Made by a program: the position numbers and the translations under genes. Positions 1-8,932 of a stretch of DNA of 64,000 bases are shown one piece after another. Where the stretch lies: the NCBI GenBank assembly GCA_023247725.1, contig JAHFFW010000010.1, positions 7,734 through 71,733 on the forward strand, given 5' to 3'. The notes under the pieces are model-generated. The model made no database searches. It was not told the DNA's origin and worked only from the letters and a program-made list of their open reading frames with translations. This DNA comes from Candidatus Omnitrophota bacterium. GTDB taxonomy: Bacteria; Omnitrophota; Gorgyraeia; Zapsychrales; JAHFFX01. How positions within the stretch are numbered: the stretch's first letter is position 1; every line of letters starts with the position of its first letter.

Positions 1-2
1 TG

Positions 3-191
3 CGCGTTCATACCCATCCGGGGGATGTCTGTTACGAACCTTTCAGCGGATCGGGATCGCAGATTATCGCCGGGGAGCGGCTGAACAGACGGGTCTTTGC
101 CATGGAAATCGAACCAGTCTTTTGTGATGTCGCTCTCAAACGTTGGGAGGAGTTCACTGGCAAGAAGGCTTGCTTAGAAACCCGTCTATGA
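3..191 (+). CDS. C-terminal fragment of a DNA (N6-adenine/N4-cytosine) methyltransferase, 5'-truncated by the window edge
   Basis: Frame-3 translation RVHTHPGDVCYEPFSGSGSQIIAGERLNRRVFAMEIEPVFCDVALKRWEEF matches the C-terminal 'DPFxGSG(T/S)...GR..iGiEi...Y..a..R' region of ParB-associated and phage DNA MTases. The stop TGA at 189-191 overlaps the next ATG (ATGA). Confidence 0.5.
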   Translation, partial: RVHTHPGDVCYEPFSGSGSQIIAGERLNRRVFAMEIEPVFCDVALKRWEEFTGKKACLETRL

Positions 192-796
192 CCGAACAGA
201 AGAAGAGCCTTGCGGAAATTGCAAAGAAACAACGGTATTTATATCTTGTCGAAAATCTTCAAAAAGGCAGGACGTTAACAAATAGGGAGATTGCGGAACT
301 TGAAAAATTTGAAGCGGAACCGTTGCCCGCAATGGTCGTTAAGACCTACCAGGAAGTGGCCAAGGTCCTGGAGGTTTCCATCAAGACGGTGCAGCGATGG
401 AAGAAGGAGGGGATGCCCGTCACCCAAGACGGCTATTACGATCTCGAGCAGATTAAAGAGTGGCAGATCAAAAGAATCGAAGAAAGCAAAAAATTCGACA
501 AGGAAAGCAAGGCCTACTGGGATCAAAAATTTTTAAGGGGGAAAGTCGAAAAGATTGAATTGGAAATCAAAAAGCTAAGAGAAGAATTAATCCCGAAAGA
601 AGATGTGGAACAGGAACGGGTGGCAAGGATCATGGCGGTCAAGCGGGCCTTTCTGGCACTGCCGACATCGCTGGCGCCGGTTCTGGCCATGAAAGAACCA
701 AGGGAAATTCAAAAAATTCTTTATGAAACGATAGGTGAGATCATCGATGACTTTGCCGGTGTCAGGAAAATCAAAAAGAATAAAAAGAAGAGATAG
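188..796 (+). CDS. phage terminase small subunit (HTH-containing)
   Basis: ~200 aa with an HTH-like segment (YQEVAKVLEVSIKTVQRWKK) and a coiled-coil, basic C-terminus. It lies immediately upstream of and overlaps the terminase large subunit. The start at ATG 188 (MTEQKK) overlaps the upstream stop. Confidence 0.6.
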   Translation: MTEQKKSLAEIAKKQRYLYLVENLQKGRTLTNREIAELEKFEAEPLPAMVVKTYQEVAKVLEVSIKTVQRWKKEGMPVTQDGYYDLEQIKEWQIKRIEESKKFDKESKAYWDQKFLRGKVEKIELEIKKLREELIPKEDVEQERVARIMAVKRAFLALPTSLAPVLAMKEPREIQKILYETIGEIIDDFAGVRKIKKNKKKR

Positions 797-2663
797 GAAT
801 CTGTGGACTCCGGCAGAGATTCTGGCATGGAAACGGCCGGAAAAAATGACGGTGAGTCAGTGGGCGGATCAAAACCGGGTTCTTAGCGCGGTCACATCCG
901 CAGAACCGGGGCGATGGAAGACCGGCCGGGTTCCGTATTTGGAAGAAATCATGGACGCCTTTTCCGATCCCTACGTTGAGGAAATTACGGTCATGTCCGC
1001 TTCTCAGGTGGGAAAAACGGAGGCCATGCTGAACATGCTTGGGTATGTCATTGATCAGGATCCGGGACCGACACTTGTCGTCATGCCTCGAGAAGATGAT
1101 GCCAAAGTGATCTCTTATGATCGGGTTCTTCCCATGATTCAAGATTCTTATGCGTTAAGGGAACATTTGCCGGTGTTGTCCGATGATATTAGTAAATTAG
1201 AATATCGATTGAGCAGGATGTTTTTGTATTTTGCCGGTTCGAACAGTCCGGCTGATTTGGCTTCACGGCCGATCAGGTATTTATTTCTGGACGAAATTGA
1301 CAAATATCCCAAGTTTTCCGGCAATGAAGCTGATCCGGTTAAATTGGCCATGGAGCGGCAGAAAACATTTTGGAATAAGAAAACAGTCAAAGTATCAACT
1401 CCCACTACGAGGCAGGGATATATTTTTCGTGAGTTCGAACTTTCGGACAAGAGGCGGTTTTACGTGCCGTGTCCGCATTGCGGGAGATATCAGATCTTGG
1501 TTTTAGGGCAGATTAAATGGCTGGAAGGTAAAGATTCTCCGGAACGGATAAAAAATGAACGGCTGGCCTGGTATGAGTGTTATTACTGCAAGAACCGCAT
1601 CGAGGACTATCACAAAAATAAAATGTTAAATTTTGGCAAATGGGTAGCCGAGGGAGCGCAAATCGACGCAAATGGGAATGTCGGCGGAAGCAAATTTAAG
1701 AGCAAGCACCGGGGGTTTTGGATAACATCGCTTTATTCACCGTGGCTTACGTGGAGCGACATTGCCTGCGAGTTTTTAAGATCAAAAGATTATATCGAGT
1801 TGTTGATGAATTTTGTCAATTCATGGCTGGCGGAGGTATGGGAAGAAAAGGTCAATAAAACAAAACCCGATGAGCTGGCTGAGCTTGCGTTGGATTACTC
1901 CCGGGAGATTGTTCCTGCCGGGGTAAGAGTTTTGACCGCGGGTGTGGACGTACAAAAAGATCATTTCTATTTAAGCATCCGGGGATGGGGTTATAGCCAG
2001 GAATCCTGGCTCATTCTGGCAACGAGGGTCGAGACTTGGGAGGATGTCATCCATGTCATATTTAAGACTCCATATCTCTCGGAAGCAAAGAATACCGCCC
2101 CTTTCCTCGTTAGATTGACCTGCATTGATAGCGGGCATAGGACGTCGGAAGTTTATGAAGTGTGCCGTGAGTGGCGGGACATTGCCCGGCCGATCAAAGG
2201 GCAACAGCATTTAAGCGGCATGCCTTTTAAAGTAAATAATATCGATAAGTTTCCGGAGACCGGACGCATGATCCCGGGAGGAATGTCCTTATGGCATATT
2301 GATACGTCTTATTTTAAAGATAAAGTGACCCGTCTTGTCCAGAACACAAAAATGGGCGGACCCGGCGGGTGGCATTTATACCAAGGCATTCATGCGGAAT
2401 ATCTAAAACAATTCTGCTCCGAGCAGAAAATTATTATTCGCGATCGAAAGAAGGGCAGGGCTACGGAGGAATGGCGGCCGGTTTCGGTTCATGCGGCGAC
2501 TCATTTTCTCGATACGGAGGTGTACGCTACCGCGGCCGCCGAGATGCTGAGACTGTTCTCATTGTTACCCGAAGAAACCAAGCCGGTCAATACCCCCAAA
2601 GAACAGAAACGCGCTGATCCGTGGATTGATGTTGGCGGGGGCTGGAACAGACGTAATGGATAA
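735..2663 (+). CDS. phage terminase large subunit, lambda GpA family
   Basis: SQWAD...GRW..VPYLEEIMDAFSDPYVEEITVMSASQVGKTE (Walker A-like) and VPCPHCGRYQIL parallel lambda gpA (VEWADANY..GRWETLPFQRAIMNAM..VVKSARVGYSK; VACPHCGEEQYL). The true start is probably ATG 846 (MTVSQW). Confidence 0.9.
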   Translation: MRSSMTLPVSGKSKRIKRRDRNLWTPAEILAWKRPEKMTVSQWADQNRVLSAVTSAEPGRWKTGRVPYLEEIMDAFSDPYVEEITVMSASQVGKTEAMLNMLGYVIDQDPGPTLVVMPREDDAKVISYDRVLPMIQDSYALREHLPVLSDDISKLEYRLSRMFLYFAGSNSPADLASRPIRYLFLDEIDKYPKFSGNEADPVKLAMERQKTFWNKKTVKVSTPTTRQGYIFREFELSDKRRFYVPCPHCGRYQILVLGQIKWLEGKDSPERIKNERLAWYECYYCKNRIEDYHKNKMLNFGKWVAEGAQIDANGNVGGSKFKSKHRGFWITSLYSPWLTWSDIACEFLRSKDYIELLMNFVNSWLAEVWEEKVNKTKPDELAELALDYSREIVPAGVRVLTAGVDVQKDHFYLSIRGWGYSQESWLILATRVETWEDVIHVIFKTPYLSEAKNTAPFLVRLTCIDSGHRTSEVYEVCREWRDIARPIKGQQHLSGMPFKVNNIDKFPETGRMIPGGMSLWHIDTSYFKDKVTRLVQNTKMGGPGGWHLYQGIHAEYLKQFCSEQKIIIRDRKKGRATEEWRPVSVHAATHFLDTEVYATAAAEMLRLFSLLPEETKPVNTPKEQKRADPWIDVGGGWNRRNG

Positions 2664-2898
2664 ATGGATCAATAAGAAAGGGTGGCTCGATGGATACGTT
2701 GATCCAATTAAACGGAAAGAAGAAACACCACAGGAACCGCCACGCGGCCGAGGGAATGTCACGGTACATGTCCCGTTGAAATGCCCGGGATGTCGTTCCC
2801 GGAAGGTCAGATGTTACGGGGCCGACAGGCCTGTTTTGTATTATAAATGCATGGATTGTATGCTCAAATTTAAGGTCATTGAAAAGGAGGATTATTAA
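2656..2898 (+). CDS. small zinc-ribbon protein (CxxC...CxxC), unknown function
   Basis: 80-aa ORF whose MDKWINKK start overlaps the terminase stop. It carries two Cys pairs (CPGC....C....CMDC). No family recognised. Confidence 0.4.
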   Translation: MDKWINKKGWLDGYVDPIKRKEETPQEPPRGRGNVTVHVPLKCPGCRSRKVRCYGADRPVLYYKCMDCMLKFKVIEKEDY

Positions 2899-3000
2899 AA
2901 GAATTTTCAGTATTTCTGAACCAGTTTATTGACTTTGTATTCTTATTGATGATAGGTTGAGATTGTAAATAAATTTAGGGGGACGCCTCTAAATTTACCA

Positions 3001-3050
3001 AGCGGCAGTTCAGGTGCCTGAACCACTTGACTGCCGCTTTTTCTTTTTTG
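3001..3050 (+). terminator. rho-independent terminator (nested hairpin + U-run)
   Basis: AAGCGGCAGT...ACTGCCGCTT forms a 10-bp stem enclosing the inner GTTCAGG-TGC-CCTGAAC hairpin, followed by TTTTTCTTTTTT. Confidence 0.6.
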
Positions 3051-3077
3051 GGCAGAAAAGCTGAAGGAGGGAGAAAC

Positions 3078-3533
3078 ATGCGACGTGCCATTTTCATGGG
3101 TTTGATTTTGGTGTTTTTTCTTTGCGGTCAAGCCTTCGCGCAGTGCGTTTGGAAGATTCAGTCCGTTGAGCAGGACCCGGACAGAGGATCGATCCTGGTC
3201 GTGACCCAGTATACGCTCAATGGTCAGGTGGCGCAGGTCGGGCATACGCGTTATGACGAGCAGAGCGGAGGTTTGGCAGACATCAAACTATTGATTCAAA
3301 AGGATCTTCAAGATCATTGTGCGGCTTTAATCCGCAGGATCCCGGAGAACGATGATTTTATACAGCTGGAAACCTTAAAGGCGCAGAAAGAATTGACCCA
3401 GCCGTTAATCCAGGCGCTTCAAACGGAAGCTGGGAAATCAGAATCAGTCAAACAGTCAGTCATTATCTGGAAGAGCAAGACAATAACGGTTACCGATGAC
3501 AGCAAGAATTCAATATCTAATATTATTCCTTAG
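3078..3533 (+). CDS. small secreted protein (signal peptide), unknown function
   Basis: RBS GAAGGAGGG precedes ATG 3078. The N-terminus MRRAIFMGLILVFFLCGQAFA-QC is a typical Sec signal peptide. No homology recognised. Confidence 0.5.
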   Translation: MRRAIFMGLILVFFLCGQAFAQCVWKIQSVEQDPDRGSILVVTQYTLNGQVAQVGHTRYDEQSGGLADIKLLIQKDLQDHCAALIRRIPENDDFIQLETLKAQKELTQPLIQALQTEAGKSESVKQSVIIWKSKTITVTDDSKNSISNIIP

Positions 3534-4323
3534 CCTGATTTTTGTTTCTCCAGCTTTCGGGGCAACGGATTGGACAGCAAACGCCAATACCAGGATAGCC
3601 CATAAGTTCGAAGAAACTTCCGGCAATTACCTGGATTCTTCGTCAAACGGGAATAACGGCATTATCGAGGGCTCTGTTACGAGAGGGTCTACCGGCAAAT
3701 TTGGTTCTTTGGCAGTTCAATTTACTGAAATTAATAATGCCGCCGTCCGCATTAATTCCTCCACGTCCTTAAACAATATCGATCCCATAACGGTTTGTGT
3801 TTGGGCTAACAACAATAGCGACGGGCAAAATAGCGTAAATACTTCGGATGCAGGATATGTCATCGAAAAGAATATTCGTTCTTGGATGCTCGCGCTAAAG
3901 CAAACCAATAAATTGAGATGGCTGGTTCATTATTCCGGCGGCAATACGCCTTGGGATACTTCTAATGCGGTTGTCGGCTACGGAACTTTCGAGCATTATG
4001 CGGTGGCTCACCAAAGAAGCGCTGGCGCCTCCCCTAAGCCGGTCATGTATGTCAACGGTGTTTCCGTAAGTTTGACCTCACCAAGTCCGTTTGGAACCAT
4101 TGATAACGATGCGGGGTCGCACATATATATCGGCATTTCAACCACAGGTGGTGTCAATGAGGCAGACGCCATATATGACGAGTTGTTGGTAAACGCGGCC
4201 ATACTGACGGCGACGGACATTAATGAGGTCATGGATTGCGGGCTGGATGGTTTGCAGTGCGCAGGGGCAACCTATTCGGGACGAGGATTAGGCCGCGGTT
4301 TTGGAAGAGGGATTGTGCGATGA
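3496..4323 (+). CDS. secreted LamG/concanavalin A-like lectin-fold protein
   Basis: Signal peptide MTARIQYLILFLSLIFVSPAFGA. The body has a LamG_3-like pattern (..VCVWANNNSDGQ..YVIEKN..W.L.LKQTNKLRW..HYAVAH....PVMYVNGVSV) and a Gly/Arg-rich C-terminus. Confidence 0.5.
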   Translation: MTARIQYLILFLSLIFVSPAFGATDWTANANTRIAHKFEETSGNYLDSSSNGNNGIIEGSVTRGSTGKFGSLAVQFTEINNAAVRINSSTSLNNIDPITVCVWANNNSDGQNSVNTSDAGYVIEKNIRSWMLALKQTNKLRWLVHYSGGNTPWDTSNAVVGYGTFEHYAVAHQRSAGASPKPVMYVNGVSVSLTSPSPFGTIDNDAGSHIYIGISTTGGVNEADAIYDELLVNAAILTATDINEVMDCGLDGLQCAGATYSGRGLGRGFGRGIVR

Positions 4324-6749
4324 GAAAAATATTGATTCTGGTTTTGGCGATTCTTTTATTCCCTTTGCCGGTGTACGCCGTTGAAATGGTCCGACAGAAA
4401 AATCAGGCTACCTACATCATGTTTCCGATTGTGGATGCCGATGGCGATGCGGTTTCCGCAGCTGCGGGACTGGACAGCGAAATCGATACCTGGTCCGATG
4501 GGACGGCTCCCAACGGCTTTGTGGACTGCACGAATGAAGCCACCGAGGTGGGGACTAACGGCGTTTATTATTTGAGCCTTACCGCGGCGGAGATGAACGT
4601 CGACTATATCTACATTCAGGTTAAAACCACAACTACCGGAGCCAAGACACAGCACATTTTAATCCGTACCCTTGTTGGGGATCCGCTGAATCTGGCCACC
4701 ACAGACGACGGCAGTGCGATTAACGTGACGTCCGGAGCCGTCGATACGGTTGCCAGCGTTTCCAACGATGTGGGAATTTCTCAAGCCGGCGCCGATAAGG
4801 TTTGGTCAACCACAACCAGAGCACTGACGGATAAAACCGGTTTCCGGTTATCAGCCTTAGGTGTTGACGATATCTGGGACGAATTGACGTCCGGCCACAC
4901 CACGGCAGGCAGTTACGGGAAGCTATTAACGGATAATATTGACGCTACGATCAGCAGCCGGTCGAGCCATGCGGCCGCGGACGTGTGGTCGGTAGGCACT
5001 CGCACCATCACCGGCGGCACCATTGACATCAATAATGACAAGTCCGGTTACAGTTTAACGCAAGGATTTCCAACAAACTTTTCTTCATTGGCAATTACCG
5101 TTGGCGGGGCCGTAACAGTTGGCACCAACAACGATAAGACCGGGTACACGGTTTCAACGGTTCAGGACAAGACGGGATATTCTTTGACGCAGGCCTTCCC
5201 GAGTAATTTTTCATCGCTGGCAATCACAGCGGGCGGGGCAGTGACAGCCGGGACCGTCAACGATAAGGCAGGATATTCTCTTTCTGCTTCCGGCATTGAT
5301 TCAATTTGGGATGAGTTGACCACCGGCCACACGACCACGGGTAGTTACGGGAAGTTGTTGACCGACAATATCGATGCGGCGATTTCCAGCCGGTCGACTT
5401 ATTCCGGCGGCGCGGTCGCCTCCGTTACCGGAAATGTCGGAGGGACAGTCAACGGATTAACGGCCACGGCCAAGACCGACGTTGAGAATGCGGTCTGGGA
5501 AGCAGCCGCATCAAGTCATAACAATGCCGGAACCATGGGCAATAAACTTAATTCGGCCGGAGATCCTTGGAACACCGCATTGCCCGGTTCATACGGTGCA
5601 GGAACGGCCGGGTATATCTTGGGAACGAATCTAAATGCGACCGTGGGCAGCCGTTCGACTTTAACCGCCGCGAATGTTTGGGATACAGACCTCTCCGGAT
5701 ATTCGACAGCGAATCTGGCCGGTACGCTTCTTAAGGGTGCCGGATCCGCGGGCGATCCCTGGTCAACGACGATCCCCGGAGCGTATGGAGCTGGAACAGC
5801 CGGTTACATTGTTGGCAACAATCTTAACGCGACCGTGGCCTCAAGAAGTTCTCACAGCGCCTCGGATGTTTGGGCTGTGGGGACCCGGACGGTTACTGGC
5901 GGCACGGTTAGCAACGTCACCAATGGTGTCACCGTTTTAACGAACAACGATAAAACCGGATACAGCTTAACGCAGGCCTTTCCCACCAATTTTTCAGCCC
6001 TTTCGATTGATGTCAGCGGCCGCATGGACCTTGGAAAATGGGTTGGCAATGCGCCGAACGCGCTCATTTCAGGGCGCGTAGATTCTAACGCCCAGGTCGT
6101 GGGCGATAAGTCAGGATATAGTTTAATCCAATCGTTTCCGTCCAACTTTTCCAGTCTTGCCATCACTGCCGGTGGAGCGGTCACGGTCGGAACGAATAAC
6201 GACAAGACTGGTTATGCTCTGACTTCTACACAAGAAGATGCGATTGTCGATAAAGTCTGGGATGAATTAAGGAGTGCTCACGTTACAAGCGGATCCTTCG
6301 GCCAAGGCGTGGCATCAATACAAGGCAATGTGACAGGGAGCGTCAACAGCGTTACATCGGGGGTTACGGTTTCAACAAACAACGATAAATCGGGATACCG
6401 TTTAAGCGCATCAGGCGTGGATGACATTTGGGATGAACCTCAGAGCGGTCATACCGGCGCGGGGACCTTCGGGAAATATCTGGATGTTCAATTGTCATCG
6501 ATTACAGCGCCTTCAGCGGCGACCATCGCAAGTGCTGTCTGGGAAGAAACGTCGAACCATGTGACTGACGGGACGATGGGCAAGAAATTAAACGACGCCG
6601 CGTTAGCAGGGGATCCTTGGGCGGCAGCTGGCATTTGTGATGGGTTAACCGCCGGGCAATGTTTGAGCGGTATTAAAGATGCAACGGACGGTGATAAAGA
6701 AGGCTCTGACTATACGGGCATCGAGAAGGCCATCCGTGCGCAGAGGTAA
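4320..6749 (+). CDS. large secreted repeat-rich protein (about 810 aa from ATG 4320)
   Basis: Signal peptide MRKILILVLAILLFPLPVYA, then an ~110-aa N-terminal domain, then many degenerate tandem repeats (NNDKTGYSLTQAFPSNFSSLAITAGGAVTVGT; IWDELTSGHTTAGSYGKLLTDNIDA.ISSRS; GDPWSTTIPGAYGAGTAGYI.G.NLNATV.SRS). Low-complexity G/S/T/A-rich composition. Confidence 0.6.
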   Translation: MRKILILVLAILLFPLPVYAVEMVRQKNQATYIMFPIVDADGDAVSAAAGLDSEIDTWSDGTAPNGFVDCTNEATEVGTNGVYYLSLTAAEMNVDYIYIQVKTTTTGAKTQHILIRTLVGDPLNLATTDDGSAINVTSGAVDTVASVSNDVGISQAGADKVWSTTTRALTDKTGFRLSALGVDDIWDELTSGHTTAGSYGKLLTDNIDATISSRSSHAAADVWSVGTRTITGGTIDINNDKSGYSLTQGFPTNFSSLAITVGGAVTVGTNNDKTGYTVSTVQDKTGYSLTQAFPSNFSSLAITAGGAVTAGTVNDKAGYSLSASGIDSIWDELTTGHTTTGSYGKLLTDNIDAAISSRSTYSGGAVASVTGNVGGTVNGLTATAKTDVENAVWEAAASSHNNAGTMGNKLNSAGDPWNTALPGSYGAGTAGYILGTNLNATVGSRSTLTAANVWDTDLSGYSTANLAGTLLKGAGSAGDPWSTTIPGAYGAGTAGYIVGNNLNATVASRSSHSASDVWAVGTRTVTGGTVSNVTNGVTVLTNNDKTGYSLTQAFPTNFSALSIDVSGRMDLGKWVGNAPNALISGRVDSNAQVVGDKSGYSLIQSFPSNFSSLAITAGGAVTVGTNNDKTGYALTSTQEDAIVDKVWDELRSAHVTSGSFGQGVASIQGNVTGSVNSVTSGVTVSTNNDKSGYRLSASGVDDIWDEPQSGHTGAGTFGKYLDVQLSSITAPSAATIASAVWEETSNHVTDGTMGKKLNDAALAGDPWAAAGICDGLTAGQCLSGIKDATDGDKEGSDYTGIEKAIRAQR
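4780..6520 (+). repeat. intragenic degenerate tandem repeat array (~35-40 codon units, at least three repeat classes)
   Basis: Recurring nucleotide and peptide units inside CDS 4320..6749 (DKTGYSLTQ x6 or more, GSYGKLLTDNID x2, GDPW..A/IPG.YGAGTAGYI x2, VWDEL/IWDEL x5). Confidence 0.6.
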
Positions 6750-6751
6750 GT

Positions 6752-7255
6752 ATGGATTACATCCAGGTCAATAAAGTTCATACGGAAGTGGTTGGTATCC
6801 CCGAATCAAATAGCGGGCATACCGTCACGTTCCAAGTTTATAAGGCCAGCGATAATTCTTTGTTTGCGTCCGGAGCGGCGGTTTATGTCGGCGGATTGAA
6901 TTGGAAAATAAGTTTCATGCCGACTTCTTTGGATGTCTATGCCGTTGATGTTCATAACCTAGACTTGGATGTCACGTATTCCAGGAGTGTTCAAGCAGTT
7001 AGCAGCGTCACTTTATCCCAGCCGGTAGGTGATGAGGAAACGACACCTACAATAAATGAGTTGATTGAATTGATCGATAAAGCCATTGCGGCGAGATTAC
7101 GTGGCGGGGCGGCGCAGTCCTATTCCATCGGCGGACGCAATTTGCAGTATATGACGTTGTCCGAACTTAGAAGCTTACGTGCCGAATTAAATAAACAATT
7201 GGCCGCCCAGAAAGGCGGCGGACGAAATTATGCAAAGTTTGTCGACCCAGACTAA
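6752..7255 (+). CDS. gpW-like head-tail joining protein with an N-terminal extra domain
   Basis: C-terminal SYSIGGRNLQYMTLSELRSLRAELNKQLAAQKG resembles lambda gpW (...[24 protein letters not shown]...). Positioned between terminase and portal as in lambda. The N-terminal ~100 aa are unrelated. Confidence 0.5.
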   Translation: MDYIQVNKVHTEVVGIPESNSGHTVTFQVYKASDNSLFASGAAVYVGGLNWKISFMPTSLDVYAVDVHNLDLDVTYSRSVQAVSSVTLSQPVGDEETTPTINELIELIDKAIAARLRGGAAQSYSIGGRNLQYMTLSELRSLRAELNKQLAAQKGGGRNYAKFVDPD

Positions 7256-8852
7256 AAAAACATTTGCGGACAGGGTGGATGATTTCATCGGAGTCTTTTC
7301 ACCCTATGCGGCGGCCAAACGCAAATATTTTCGTTTTTTGACAAGTTCGCTTTTGAGCGCTTACCGGGGAGCCGATATCGGCCGCTTGCGAGGATCATGG
7401 ATCCCGGGCGGCGGGTCAGCTGATTCCGATTTACATCCTGATCTTTCAAAACTGCGTGAACGCAGCCGGGACCTGATTCGCAATGACGGCATTGCCTCAG
7501 GGGCAATCGATACGGTTATCACCAACATCATTGGATCGGGCATTCAGATGCAGAGCCGCATCGATAAAGATACGTTGGCCGTTGGCGAGGAAATTGCCGA
7601 CAAACTTCAAAATCAGATCGAACACATCTGGGACCGATGGGTGCCCCATGCGGACGCCGGAAACAGGTTGAGCTTTTATGGGCTGGAGGAATTATCGGAG
7701 CGGCAAAGGTTCATTAACGGCGAATCGATCATTGTTCCGCTACGCATCGCCAACTCAAAAAAGAAAAGACCATATTCGCTGGCTTTACAGACGATCGAAT
7801 CCGACAGGCTGGATACACCGAGCGATTTAAGATCCAACAAAAACATTCGGGCCGGTGTGGAGGTCGGTGAGTACGGGGAACCTGTCGCCTATTACATTCG
7901 CAAGAACCACCCGGGAGATTTTCTCTATGGCCGCCGGTACGGCAATTCCAGCGAGAATTTCATCAAGTATCCGGCCTTAAACGATCTGGGAGATCCCAAC
8001 GTTTTTCATTTGTACCATGTGAAACGATCCGGGCAGACACGGGGGGAACCGTTTTTCTCACCCGTATTGAATATGTTTAAAGATCGCGTGGATTACATGG
8101 AAGCGGAAATCGTGGCCGCGCGCGTGGCGGCGTGCTTTGCGATCTTCATCAAGAAAACAAATTCTTACGAAGTCAGCCTGGCGAGGTCGAAATCCGAAAG
8201 CAACAAGCGCGTCGAAGAATTAAGCCCGGCGATGATCGAGTATTTGAACGAGAACGAAGAAATCCAGCCGTTTAATCCGAATCGTCCTGGCGGGACCTTC
8301 GGGATATTCATGGAACGGGTCCTTCGCGACATATCCGCCGGGTTAAACATCCCTTACGAGATTCTGGCCAAAGATTTTTCAAGGTCGAATTATTCCAATA
8401 CCCGGGCGGCCTTACTGGAAGCGCGTAGGTTTTTCATGATGCAACAGCGTTTTGTTTCAGAGAATCTTTGTCAGCATATTTTGGTCATGCTTTTGGAGGA
8501 GGCCTATTTAAAAGGTGAACTGTCGATTCTAGACTTTTATCAGAACCGGGATGCTTACGTGCGGACCCGCTGGATTGCCCCGGGGTGGCAGTGGGTGGAT
8601 CCGGAAAATGAGGTCAAGGCTTCTGTGGATGCCGTGGACAACAACCTCTCGACTCTGGCTGAGGAGGCAGCCGCCCAGGGGCAGGACTGGGAAGAAAATT
8701 TGGAACAACGAGCCAGAGAACTCAAAAAGATTAAGGATTTGGAACAGAAATACGGCGTTGATATGACCGTTGATAAAGAAAAGAAACCGGAGAGAGTGAC
8801 GGATGGCAAAAAGCCGGAACCTCAAGGGCAAAGCGCCCCGCAGGAAAACTAA
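7230..8852 (+). CDS. phage portal protein, lambda gpB family
   Basis: LRGSWIPGGGSADSDLHPDLSKLRERSRDLIRNDGIASGAIDTVITNIIGSGI mirrors the conserved lambda-type portal N-terminal region (RLRGDW..SADSDI..LRQRSRQLVRNN). Size is 540 aa. Position follows W. Confidence 0.85.
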   Translation: MQSLSTQTKKTFADRVDDFIGVFSPYAAAKRKYFRFLTSSLLSAYRGADIGRLRGSWIPGGGSADSDLHPDLSKLRERSRDLIRNDGIASGAIDTVITNIIGSGIQMQSRIDKDTLAVGEEIADKLQNQIEHIWDRWVPHADAGNRLSFYGLEELSERQRFINGESIIVPLRIANSKKKRPYSLALQTIESDRLDTPSDLRSNKNIRAGVEVGEYGEPVAYYIRKNHPGDFLYGRRYGNSSENFIKYPALNDLGDPNVFHLYHVKRSGQTRGEPFFSPVLNMFKDRVDYMEAEIVAARVAACFAIFIKKTNSYEVSLARSKSESNKRVEELSPAMIEYLNENEEIQPFNPNRPGGTFGIFMERVLRDISAGLNIPYEILAKDFSRSNYSNTRAALLEARRFFMMQQRFVSENLCQHILVMLLEEAYLKGELSILDFYQNRDAYVRTRWIAPGWQWVDPENEVKASVDAVDNNLSTLAEEAAAQGQDWEENLEQRARELKKIKDLEQKYGVDMTVDKEKKPERVTDGKKPEPQGQSAPQEN

Positions 8853-8932
8853 AGTCCGAACGATATCGTTGGTGAGGCCAGAGTGCATGGAAATAGCCAA
8901 GCATATCGAAATCAGAACTTCAGAAGAAGAGG

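Noticed and set aside
2925-2990. A specific promoter call for the secreted-protein cassette
   Set aside because: The AT-rich stretch has TTGACT/TTGATG-like hexamers but no convincing -10 at the proper spacing. It is left as a possibility within the cassette finding.
4320-6749. Diversity-generating retroelement target or CRISPR-like array suggested by the nucleotide repeats
   Set aside because: No reverse transcriptase or template repeat is nearby. The repeats are in-frame within a single long ORF and vary in length, so they are protein tandem repeats, not a spacer/repeat array.
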